Source of the DNA: Eubacteriales bacterium
GTDB taxonomy: Bacteria; Bacillota; Clostridia; Oscillospirales; CAG-272
NCBI GenBank assembly: GCA_045612715.1
Contig: JAZKZP010000125.1
Span: 9,943 to 73,942 of the forward strand
Direction of reading: 5' to 3'
DNA length: 64,000 nt
Each line of letters begins with the position of its first letter. The first letter of the stretch is position 1. The position numbers were made by a program, and so were the translations under genes. Below the pieces are notes generated by a model, which saw only the letters and a list, made by a program, of their open reading frames with translations, searched no databases and was not told the origin of the DNA. Below are positions 24,901 through 32,412 of this stretch, piece after piece.

Positions 24901-27502
24901 CCCAAACAACAGGAAGATTATCAATATTCCACAACTCCAACCAAAATCTCGGTTTAGATTCGGCTTGAACATGAATAGTTAAATTTTTACATCCTTCAAA
25001 TATATCAACTCCAGTGCTCTTAACGCTATCAGGTATAAAAACAGTCTTTAAAGATGTACAGTTTCTAAATGCTCCCTCCGCAATATTAGTAACCGTCGAA
25101 GGAATGTAAACACTTTTAAGAGAGGTACATCCTTGGAAGGTTTGCCATTCTATTTTTTCTATAGAATCGGGAAGTTTAATACTTTGTAGAGATGTGCAAT
25201 CTCTAAACGCTGCACCATCAATTCTAACAATCGTATTTGGAATATCTATACTCTTTATAGTCTTACATCCATCAAATGCACGTTCACCAATTTTCGTAAC
25301 CGAATCGGGAAGCACAACATGATCTGCAGATCCTGTATATTGTTTTAGAATTCCTCTATTTACCGTAAATTCAGCATTATCTCCTATCGTTTTGCCAACA
25401 ACTCTCTTGCGCTCTGCTTCTTCTTTGGCTTTGTGTTCAGCTTCTTTAGATATGCAACCTAACTCTTCTTTATCGTGAATTTTAGAGTGATTATTTAATT
25501 CTGTAGCACCCCAAACTACATTATGTTGGTCTTCATTAAATGAATAATCAAGCCATTCTTCATCCCAACCATCCGGCTTTGATTCCGCTTCGATATAAAT
25601 GGTTGTACGATTGCAAGAATAGAACACTCGTGCTCCCATTGTTTTAACTGTTTTGGGAATAAAAATACTCTCAAGGTTTTTACATCCCGTAAACGCCTCT
25701 TCGCCTATGCTAACTACAGAATCGGGAATGTTTATACTCTTCAGCGACTTACAATATGAAAATCCTCCAGCGCCAATTTCCTTAAGTGAGTCAGGTAACA
25801 CAATGGTTTTCACAGAATCAAGAAAACTAAAAGCATTATCTCCAATTATTACAACAGATTCACCCACAATCAGTTCTTTTGCCGATGCACAGCCGCTAAA
25901 AGCAATTTCACCAACAAATTCAACAGAATCAGGAATAACAATTTTTTCTAGCGCAGTATTATCTGTAAATGCTGCTGTTTCAATTACCTTTGCAGAATTA
26001 CTAATAACCAATTTTTTGAGTGAATTGTTTTTCCCGAGACCGCCCGAAATAGTTATTACAGAATTTGGAATGATCAATTCCTCTATTGCGGGACACCCCT
26101 CAAAACACGCAGGCATTTCAGTAATTCCATTACCAAATTGCACTTTCTTAAGAGAAGGACATCCACTAAAAGCAGAAGAGTGGATTTGGGTAACATTATC
26201 GCCTATGGTTACAGTGACAAGGTTCTCGCAATTATGGAAAGCCATTGGAGAAATGCTTTTAACCACGTTCGGAATTACAACATGTTTTTTATTTCCGTAG
26301 TATTTGAATAAGTCACCATCATAGATACCAAATTCATCCTCGTCATAGTCGTCATCTCCAATATCATTATTATAATCGTCTACAGACTCCTCGCATTCAT
26401 CTTCATCATCTCCCTCATCAGAATCCAAACTATCAAAATCGATTTGCATTTTATTTTTTAACGACTTTGCTGTCATTTTTCCTATAGCAATTGGACTATC
26501 ATTAACAGTCAAGGCTTTGAGAATATCCAAAACATACCCATAATGTTCTTCGTCATCGTAACCTTTAACATTAGCCTTCCATGTAAATACAAGAGATTTA
26601 TCATTTTCTGTTTGAATTACAAGGCATGTTTGGGACAAATAAGTCGAAAGTACATTTTCAATAATTGTGAACTTAATTGGGATATTAAGAATTGAAACAA
26701 AAGGACTCTTTTGCAAATTGTGTATTTTTACACCTCTTACTTGAGAGAGGGTTTGAACATCAAATTCTCTTTTGATGGTGTCATCAATATCCAAGGAGTC
26801 AAAAGAAACCTCTACTTTGTTCTTATACAATTCTTTGCCATCATCATTAAAATACTGATAACCGTAAATAGTACAAATACCATTATCGTCCTCATCTTCG
26901 CCATCTTCGCTAGCATAATCATTTATTACAAAATACTCCGCTGGAATTTTGAATTTTACATCATCACAAATCGTATATGTACCGCTAGAAGTTGTATTGC
27001 TCTCTTCCAAAGCTCTATTTTTTTCCCTATTTGCTTTGAGTGTTTGCTCGTAGTAACTAAAATCTTCGGCATCATATCCGTCAGTTTGGTCTACGTAAAC
27101 ACGGCACATTGCACCTTCCTCATACACCGCGTTGTGTATAAGTTTCTTTACATCATAGTTAGGAAAGTCCTCATCAAAAAAGCCTTCAAGGGCACTTATT
27201 ATGTTAGTGGCTGTCAATGCTTCTTCTTCATCTTCTGCCTCTTGCTCTGAACTTCTACCGTCATAATCATCTTCAAGTAATTGATTTATGTAGTAATCCC
27301 CACCGCCATCCACATCACACAACTGACGGGTAACAGTTACAACATTATCACTTACATTAATCCAGCCGATTGTGTCTTTCGGGTATGCTTGGTATTTGAG
27401 AAGTAATTTTTCTACCTTTTCCGCTAATTCTTCATCATAAATACCGTAAGCCACAAAACTCGAACTTGATGAATTTGTTACAAAATCAGTCCTTATTTTC
27501 AT
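21998..27502 (-). CDS. Giant multi-module LRR_5 protein (1834 aa) with a conserved N-terminal domain, coiled coil and a possible C-terminal tail anchor
   Basis: N-terminus is MKIRTDFVTNSSSSSF. There are five LRR_5 modules, each ending in a cap of the form (E/D/N)SKPxxWxxxW...VxW(G/A/S): ESKPDGWDEEW, ESKPRFWLELW, DSKPSKWHEDW, NSKPNGWDEKW, ESKPSDWEKDW. Acidic linkers separate them. The C-terminus has a Lys/Glu coiled coil and then the hydrophobic stretch FFTFLCTGIIFFI. Confidence 0.85.
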   Translation of the reverse strand: MKIRTDFVTNSSSSSFVAYGIYDEELAEKVEKLLLKYQAYPKDTIGWINVSDNVVTVTRQLCDVDGGGDYYINQLLEDDYDGRSSEQEAEDEEEALTATNIISALEGFFDEDFPNYDVKKLIHNAVYEEGAMCRVYVDQTDGYDAEDFSYYEQTLKANREKNRALEESNTTSSGTYTICDDVKFKIPAEYFVINDYASEDGEDEDDNGICTIYGYQYFNDDGKELYKNKVEVSFDSLDIDDTIKREFDVQTLSQVRGVKIHNLQKSPFVSILNIPIKFTIIENVLSTYLSQTCLVIQTENDKSLVFTWKANVKGYDDEEHYGYVLDILKALTVNDSPIAIGKMTAKSLKNKMQIDFDSLDSDEGDDEDECEESVDDYNNDIGDDDYDEDEFGIYDGDLFKYYGNKKHVVIPNVVKSISPMAFHNCENLVTVTIGDNVTQIHSSAFSGCPSLKKVQFGNGITEMPACFEGCPAIEELIIPNSVITISGGLGKNNSLKKLVISNSAKVIETAAFTDNTALEKIVIPDSVEFVGEIAFSGCASAKELIVGESVVIIGDNAFSFLDSVKTIVLPDSLKEIGAGGFSYCKSLKSINIPDSVVSIGEEAFTGCKNLESIFIPKTVKTMGARVFYSCNRTTIYIEAESKPDGWDEEWLDYSFNEDQHNVVWGATELNNHSKIHDKEELGCISKEAEHKAKEEAERKRVVGKTIGDNAEFTVNRGILKQYTGSADHVVLPDSVTKIGERAFDGCKTIKSIDIPNTIVRIDGAAFRDCTSLQSIKLPDSIEKIEWQTFQGCTSLKSVYIPSTVTNIAEGAFRNCTSLKTVFIPDSVKSTGVDIFEGCKNLTIHVQAESKPRFWLELWNIDNLPVVWGANPSEYESSVHFAKSENHEFEQANHQECVKAALKEQVQSNVPTYHDRRQFTIDDVIHCAIPDGYRSGANDGVNSGWTYTVSENTPDGSNHIDAKPFSFAIASRPANTQPFNEGMLDSMEMMFKLKGLLNPNVQVRRVISDLNCAYLYQTWYDVSDPTYNKANGFLLTEVGGYQFHAYHNHGGEVDSQDTAVIDNFIEVLEEWMKKTKCVHNTITDSTSQIKIKQSGDTTTIFYPGKSNQSSVSEADAFEINDGVLISYNGNSANVLIPQGVIEIGNQAFYRNMYIENVTIPNSVTKICKNAFAYSRFLEKVTIPSSVMEIEDSAFFGCTAVTIFCEVDSKPSKWHEDWNWLHWGDYCPVVWGSNVKDHDEEKEAPAKAKTPTKKKTTSKTTTTSIQDFEIEDGVLTKYKGNQSHVVVPDFVERIACGAFSECTSIESVQLNDGLKEISSFAFSECSALSEIDFPDTLTKIENNAFYECTSLVSVNIPDSVVFIGNSAFSSCSSLREAIFSNSITTLNSYVLGFCDSLQHFEVPNSVTNIEECAITWAEEMVSITIPSSVKTIKPFAFQSCNDNMTIYCEANSKPNGWDEKWNNTSSVGDNKYKVDWSKVANVGSNWEDSIFEIEDGVLKKYKGNQARVVIPDSVEKIGLFAFDDCESIVSVEFNDNLKSIDAYAFSGCSSLREIRFPEGLRSIDDNAFAFCASLTTAHIPISVVRMGNKVFMESPLTAIYCDAESKPSDWEKDWDKKFYEEKGRHTVYWARKLKPKSNKTSKNVVVQSDAEAAERKTREEEALRTAKEVASGNSIEEAYRKAQEDAERRKQEVDKRKAQEAEIKQKREEFITSETKIAEEECQNTLAKLSNEYNTKATSLEAQITEKEKELAATKQKLESMSFFTFLCTGIIFFIRKGILKNKIQNLTFDINTLKNEKATLVKKYDDSKREAETQLKNKLSSLPMRSGQKYPMPKK

Positions 27503-27540
27503 AAATGTTCTCCTTTATAATTTTATTTTTCGGGATTATT

Positions 27541-29874
27541 TTATCCAAGCAGTCCCTCTTGTTTCAACCACTTACCAAAAGACATTCCAAGTATTTGTTG
27601 GGCATCCTTTTGCAGAGTGTTTAACTGCTTTGCAATATCGGGATTATCTGCAACAAGTTCTCCCGCGGTCTTAAAAGTAGTACCATTGGGATATCTGCGT
27701 TTGAGTTCTTCAATGGTTTTGGAATGATCTGCTTTTGGTCTCCCACCCTTTACATCGGAAGGTTTATATCCATAGGCTATCAAGAAATCCGCACTGCTTG
27801 TATAGCCAAGTTGTCTATAAAGCTCTGTAACTGTTTCTCCCCATTTTTTATGATCTTTATTTAAACTAACAATTACTTTATCGGGATATGCTTCATCAAG
27901 TTTACCAAAGAGAGTGTCCAAACGTTTCTTAATTCTTTCTGGCTCTTCACCAGGCTTATAAAGTACCCCAGCAGTAGCTGCTTCTACGCTTTTCGGTGCC
28001 TCATTAATCAAAATGCCTTCTTGTACCAAATAATCACGAGTGGAAAGCCCTGTAAATCGCTTGGCATTATTTGAAACAATAGCCAAATCAAGGTCAGCAT
28101 TGTCGGCGATTAAGCTTGTTACATCGGTCTTTTTTGCTTTGTTTTCATATCTTTGTTTTAGCAAAGAAATAAGTGCATAAAAGTCAGTTTTAGTAGTTTT
28201 AAGAACCCCCAGCGTTTCAAAGTGATCTTTAATGCTCTTGCCATATTTTCTACTTACATATTCTTCAACTCTATGCTCAGGAATATTAGATTCCACAATA
28301 ATTGCGGTAATTTCTGGATTAGTTAAAAGGATACCCGATTCCTTAGATTTCGCAACAATTGATAATATAAGATCTTCACATGCTGCATCTCTACTCTCTT
28401 TTCTCGCAATTTGTGCTGCCTCGCGTTGTATGGCTTCAATATCTTCGTTAAAAGCTCTTTTAACAAGCAAATCCAGAAGATTATTTAAAGAAATAATTAT
28501 AATATTACCGCCATTTTGTTTTATCTCTACCGCTTTTTCAAGCAAATTTTTACCGTAATGATTTACCGTATCTAGATTGCCGTTTTTAATATGCTGTTGT
28601 TTTTTTACGAATCTATCAAATTGATATATTTCATCAGTTTCAACAACAAGAATATTTGTAAATTCGGATACATCTTGTACACGTTTCCAATGCAATTCAG
28701 TTAAGACATCTGAAACTGATGACAAAATCTCTTTCGAGTTTTTGGGGTCAGCGTATACTGAAAACTTCATTCTATGATTTAGAGAGCTAATTTCATCAAT
28801 ATATGGATCATATATGGAATGCCACATCTCATAATTTGATTTATTAGATACTATGCTACCAATTTTATCATATTTGTCTGGTTTAAACGAAGCACCACCA
28901 TGAGTACGAATATATTTTATAGCGGAATCTATTCCGCTTTCAAATTCTAATTTGCTACCACCGAACGAACATATTTTAGACCAAAGTTCAGGTTGTTTAT
29001 TAGCTAATGCATCACATCCTTCGAATGCACCATCTTCAATAAAATTAAGCCGAGTTGGTAAATTTATACTCTCAAGATTTTTGCATCCTGCAAATGCACC
29101 TTTCTCTATTCCATATATGTTATATGGCAGAGTTACACTTTTAAGACTAGTACATCCTTTAAATGTATCTTGTGGAACGTATGGTGAACCTACAAAATCA
29201 ATGTTTTCAAGATTTTTGCAATCCATAAAAATTCCAGGCTCTTGCATATAAGCAGATCCCTCTATACTTTTGAATTTGCATCCTTTGAAAACCTCGCTGG
29301 ATAATTCCATTATTGCGTGAGACAAAAATAATGTTTCAAATTGCATTTTGTCTTCATTGTAAGATAAAAGCTTTCCATTACTGATTTCAAAATGGTCAGG
29401 TACATAATTTGCGGCTTCTAAAGAAAAATCACCCCAATCAAAAGATCTGGTACAAAAACCATCAGTTTCGTCAATGTACACTTCAGCACACGTACCACCT
29501 CTGGCAGCTGCAGCTTTCACTAACTTTTCAAGGTGCATTTTTTGATCATTTGATAGACTTGGTAAAAAGACAAAAAGCGCGGGAAGAATATTATAGGCCT
29601 TTCTCGCTTCTCTATTGTCTGCGTCTATTTCTCTACTTGAACGATTATCTTTATAGCATTGATTGTGCACATAAAAACGTCCATGATCCAAAGTAGTTGT
29701 TATGGAAGTAACACCATTGAAAATTTCAAGACGTCCCACTTTATAGTCAGATAAAGCTTCTTGCTTTCCACCCAAAATTTTTGTTATAAAATGCGCAATT
29801 TCGTCATCCCCAATGCCCAAGGCAATAAAGCTCGAACTTGATGAATTTGTTACAAAATCAGTTCTAATTTTCAT
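27541..29874 (-). CDS. 777-aa paralog: same N-terminal domain, a short LRR_5 block, then repeated small helical modules
   Basis: N-terminus is MKIRTDFVTNSSSSSF, identical to the 1834-aa protein, with a shared ...VY(I/V)D(E/Q)TDG motif about 130 aa in. LRR_5 units include FKGCTSLKSVTLPYNIYGIEKGAFAGCKNLESINLP. C-terminal modules end in G(I/V/L)L: HFETLGVLKT, RDYLVQEGILIN, GKWLKQEGLLG. Confidence 0.85.
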   Translation of the reverse strand: MKIRTDFVTNSSSSSFIALGIGDDEIAHFITKILGGKQEALSDYKVGRLEIFNGVTSITTTLDHGRFYVHNQCYKDNRSSREIDADNREARKAYNILPALFVFLPSLSNDQKMHLEKLVKAAAARGGTCAEVYIDETDGFCTRSFDWGDFSLEAANYVPDHFEISNGKLLSYNEDKMQFETLFLSHAIMELSSEVFKGCKFKSIEGSAYMQEPGIFMDCKNLENIDFVGSPYVPQDTFKGCTSLKSVTLPYNIYGIEKGAFAGCKNLESINLPTRLNFIEDGAFEGCDALANKQPELWSKICSFGGSKLEFESGIDSAIKYIRTHGGASFKPDKYDKIGSIVSNKSNYEMWHSIYDPYIDEISSLNHRMKFSVYADPKNSKEILSSVSDVLTELHWKRVQDVSEFTNILVVETDEIYQFDRFVKKQQHIKNGNLDTVNHYGKNLLEKAVEIKQNGGNIIIISLNNLLDLLVKRAFNEDIEAIQREAAQIARKESRDAACEDLILSIVAKSKESGILLTNPEITAIIVESNIPEHRVEEYVSRKYGKSIKDHFETLGVLKTTKTDFYALISLLKQRYENKAKKTDVTSLIADNADLDLAIVSNNAKRFTGLSTRDYLVQEGILINEAPKSVEAATAGVLYKPGEEPERIKKRLDTLFGKLDEAYPDKVIVSLNKDHKKWGETVTELYRQLGYTSSADFLIAYGYKPSDVKGGRPKADHSKTIEELKRRYPNGTTFKTAGELVADNPDIAKQLNTLQKDAQQILGMSFGKWLKQEGLLG

Positions 29875-30956
29875 TTTGCTTCTCCTTTTGTTCTAAATTC
29901 ACTATCACAAAATACTATTTCGGGCATCAGTGGACAACCGCCCATACAAAGCTCATACTTGGGACAACCTTTACAAGCACTTCGCATTTTATTGCGGAAT
30001 TGTTCAAAGGGTTCACTGTTCCATGCTTCGTCAATCGACATATCACGTAGTGAAACCTGATACTTTTTATCCTGGTCAAAGCTACAAGGCACCATAGTCA
30101 TATCAGCACCTATATAGCAGCTATATCTACCTCCCTCACATGTGTCGAGGGATTCAGGCAAGATGTTTTTGCAATATCTAATAGCTCCGGGAACGTTGCA
30201 GCTATCCATACCGACCTTGAAGGGATGTTTTTTATCAAACTCCTCAAAGAATTCTTTGACTCTGGGATCATCAACCGAAAGCATATTTGCTCTCGAGCCT
30301 TGTCCAGCCGGTTTGTGCAAAAGGAATATAACCGCATTGATACCCTTGGGAAATGAATTATTCTTTAGGCGTTCTATTGCCTCATCAATGCTATTTTTTC
30401 CAAGAACATAGTGAATATTGGTTTTCACACCTGCCTCAAGGAGCATTTCAATTGCTCGATATGTATACTCACTACGATACCAGCTAACTGCAATTGCGCC
30501 ACAATAATCCTTGCACAATTGTGCAATTTCAGGAGTCATACCGTACCCTGAGGTTGTAAAATTGGGAACAAGGTAATTTTCTCGACAAATTTTGAGTATT
30601 TCTTCAAAATGTTCGTGTTGATCTGGATCTCCTCTACCGCCAAGAGCAAATTGATTGCATCTAAGCTTTGATTGCTCTGCAATCCACTTGAAATCCTCAA
30701 CCGTCATATTTGGTTCTTCAACAAATAGACCACTTTGATAGCAACCAATTCCTGCTTTGGAGCAAAGACCAGTTTTGCCGTGAATACAGTGCCCCATAAT
30801 TCCCACATCAATAAGATGTGGATATGAAGCCATAAATGGATCTACGCCCGTATCTTTCCCATTTTCATCAAGCACACCCGTGCGCATATAAAATCCGCTC
30901 TCGGTATCAAAAAAACTCTTAAATTTATATTGTTTATCTTCTATTGTGTATTTCAT
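29871..30956 (-). CDS. Radical-SAM-like enzyme with a SPASM domain and a non-canonical N-terminal Cys cluster (361 aa)
   Basis: The C-terminus CEGGRYSCYIGADMTMVPC...CKGCPKYELCMGGC matches the SPASM signature Cx2Cx5Cx3C. LGGRGDP occupies the place of the GGEP SAM-binding motif. No CxxxCxxC is present; the only N-terminal cluster is HCIHGKTGLCSKAGIGCY (Cx8Cx6C). ATGA overlap with the 777-aa gene. Confidence 0.75.
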   Translation of the reverse strand: MKYTIEDKQYKFKSFFDTESGFYMRTGVLDENGKDTGVDPFMASYPHLIDVGIMGHCIHGKTGLCSKAGIGCYQSGLFVEEPNMTVEDFKWIAEQSKLRCNQFALGGRGDPDQHEHFEEILKICRENYLVPNFTTSGYGMTPEIAQLCKDYCGAIAVSWYRSEYTYRAIEMLLEAGVKTNIHYVLGKNSIDEAIERLKNNSFPKGINAVIFLLHKPAGQGSRANMLSVDDPRVKEFFEEFDKKHPFKVGMDSCNVPGAIRYCKNILPESLDTCEGGRYSCYIGADMTMVPCSFDQDKKYQVSLRDMSIDEAWNSEPFEQFRNKMRSACKGCPKYELCMGGCPLMPEIVFCDSEFRTKGEAK

Positions 30957-30992
30957 CGTTTCTTCCTCAAAAGTATATTTGAAAATAATATT

Positions 30993-31142
30993 TTAATAGA
31001 GCAAATCATTAAAAGTAGACTTACCTTCGCGATACACTTCCATCATCTTTGATATCTTGTTCTGTAATGGTTTACCGCGATATGTGATATTAGAAACCCC
31101 AATTTGATTTTCTTTAATTAAGCAAATATCGATACCGCGCAT
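30993..31142 (-). CDS. Possible 49-codon ORF or frameshifted C-terminus of the 169-aa gene
   Basis: My translation: MRGIDICLIKENQIGVSNITYRGKPLQNKISKMMEVYREGKSTFNDLLY. It overlaps the last 25 nt of ORF 31118-31627 in another frame, next to an A5 run. It is protein-like in composition but unsupported otherwise. Confidence 0.3.
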   Translation of the reverse strand: MRGIDICLIKENQIGVSNITYRGKPLQNKISKMMEVYREGKSTFNDLLY

Positions 31143-31627
31143 TTTTGCTTTCTGACTCCATCCCATATAAGTTCTCTATGATGCCTGGAGTTACACAAAC
31201 AAATAATCTCATGCTTTTTCTTAACATAGTGAAAGCTAAATTGAATTGAATATATCTGCACCACCCAAAGCGACTCTTTATCTATGTAATTAATATACAC
31301 ATCATCTATATCTAAATTTAGAAGAATAGCAGTCATGTAATGAATGTCATTTTTGAAACCATATCCAATTTTACTGTTAGATTGTTTCACATATGTATTC
31401 AGTAAATTCATAGAAGCGCAAAATAATAATACATCCCCGACATCTTCAATCTTTATATTTTTGATAATGGCATATGCTTCATATGCCATCTCTTCCGATA
31501 CTATTTCTTTATCAAACTCTTGTAATTCAATGCACTTCAAATTTAGTTTTTCAACATATAACTCTAATGCATCTACATTTTCAGTTTTTAATAAAACAAC
31601 TTGGCTCATAATAGCGCACTCATACAA
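31118..31627 (-). CDS. Hypothetical protein (169 aa)
   Basis: ORF track entry, co-directional and closely spaced in the operon. No motif recognised. Confidence 0.6.
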   Translation of the reverse strand: MYECAIMSQVVLLKTENVDALELYVEKLNLKCIELQEFDKEIVSEEMAYEAYAIIKNIKIEDVGDVLLFCASMNLLNTYVKQSNSKIGYGFKNDIHYMTAILLNLDIDDVYINYIDKESLWVVQIYSIQFSFHYVKKKHEIICLCNSRHHRELIWDGVRKQKCAVSIFA

Positions 31628-31648
31628 TTAAAATAGGTAAATATCGTA

Positions 31649-32179
31649 TCAAACAATCTTAATCTCTATTACTTTTGTTTTAGGCAAAGCTCCATCGAAC
31701 ATATCTTCGTGATTTTGTATCTTTGCACCACACTCCTTACAAACATATTCCGACGTAGGATTATATTCATCAAAACAAACTATCGTTTCACCACATTCAG
31801 GGCACAATCCAGGCCCTTCTAGTGATACTATAACGATGATTTTTAACACACCATTCTCGTATTCATAATCAGCGCATGACTGATATCCGCCTCTCTCGTC
31901 ATCATAGAATGCATGCCCGTAAAATGTAGAGTTTTGCAACTCCATAGCAATTGCACGACAAGTTTTTTCCACTATATCATTTTCATTACCAATATCCCCC
32001 TTGGATACACAAAGCTTACATTCAGCTTCATTCAAAAAGAGCGTTTGTGCCTCAGAATTCATTTCCATTTCTTTCAAAATACTTTCCATAACAAAAAATG
32101 CTTTTTGAGCATTTTCAATATTATTAAGAATCAAGTTGAAGTTCTCCCCGGTATAAATCAAATCATCATTTTTAATCAT
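31649..32179 (-). CDS. Hypothetical protein with a C-terminal zinc ribbon (176 aa)
   Basis: CPECGETIVCFDEYNPTSEYVCKECGAKI (CxxC...CxxC). This is the first gene after promoter cassette B. Confidence 0.65.
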   Translation of the reverse strand: MIKNDDLIYTGENFNLILNNIENAQKAFFVMESILKEMEMNSEAQTLFLNEAECKLCVSKGDIGNENDIVEKTCRAIAMELQNSTFYGHAFYDDERGGYQSCADYEYENGVLKIIVIVSLEGPGLCPECGETIVCFDEYNPTSEYVCKECGAKIQNHEDMFDGALPKTKVIEIKIV

Positions 32180-32265
32180 AATCTTTTGTATCCTTTCTTG
32201 TAACCATAAATTTACAATATAAAAACAATTTCTCGGAATTCACTTTTTATGTGATTGTATATAAT

Positions 32266-32294
32266 ATAATAACACACATTGACTAAAATTTCAA
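32266..32294 (-). promoter_or_regulatory. Promoter inside repeat cassette B (drives the 176-aa ... rSAM ... LRR operon)
   Basis: On the minus strand: TTGAAA (32294-32289), 17-nt spacer, TGT-TATTAT (32271-32266). The architecture matches cassette A. Confidence 0.5.
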
Positions 32295-32379
32295 GCAAAA
32301 TTTACAAATACTTACTCTTCCCAACAAAATTTGATATATTATCTTATTTTATCATTTCTTATATTTATTTGCAAGAAAA

Positions 32380-32403
32380 AGGTGTAGCGAGATTGCTACA
32401 CCT
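32380..32403 (-). terminator. Intrinsic terminator in cassette B
   Basis: Same hairpin AGGTGTAGC-AATCTC-GCTACACCT plus T-run, about 10 nt after the stop of ORF 32413-33288. Confidence 0.6.
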
Positions 32404-32412
32404 AAATTTTTA

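Larger units (their letters stand above)
32258..32403 (-). repeat. Terminator+promoter cassette, copy B
   Basis: See copy A. The 36-nt identical core lies at 32368-32403. Confidence 0.8.
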
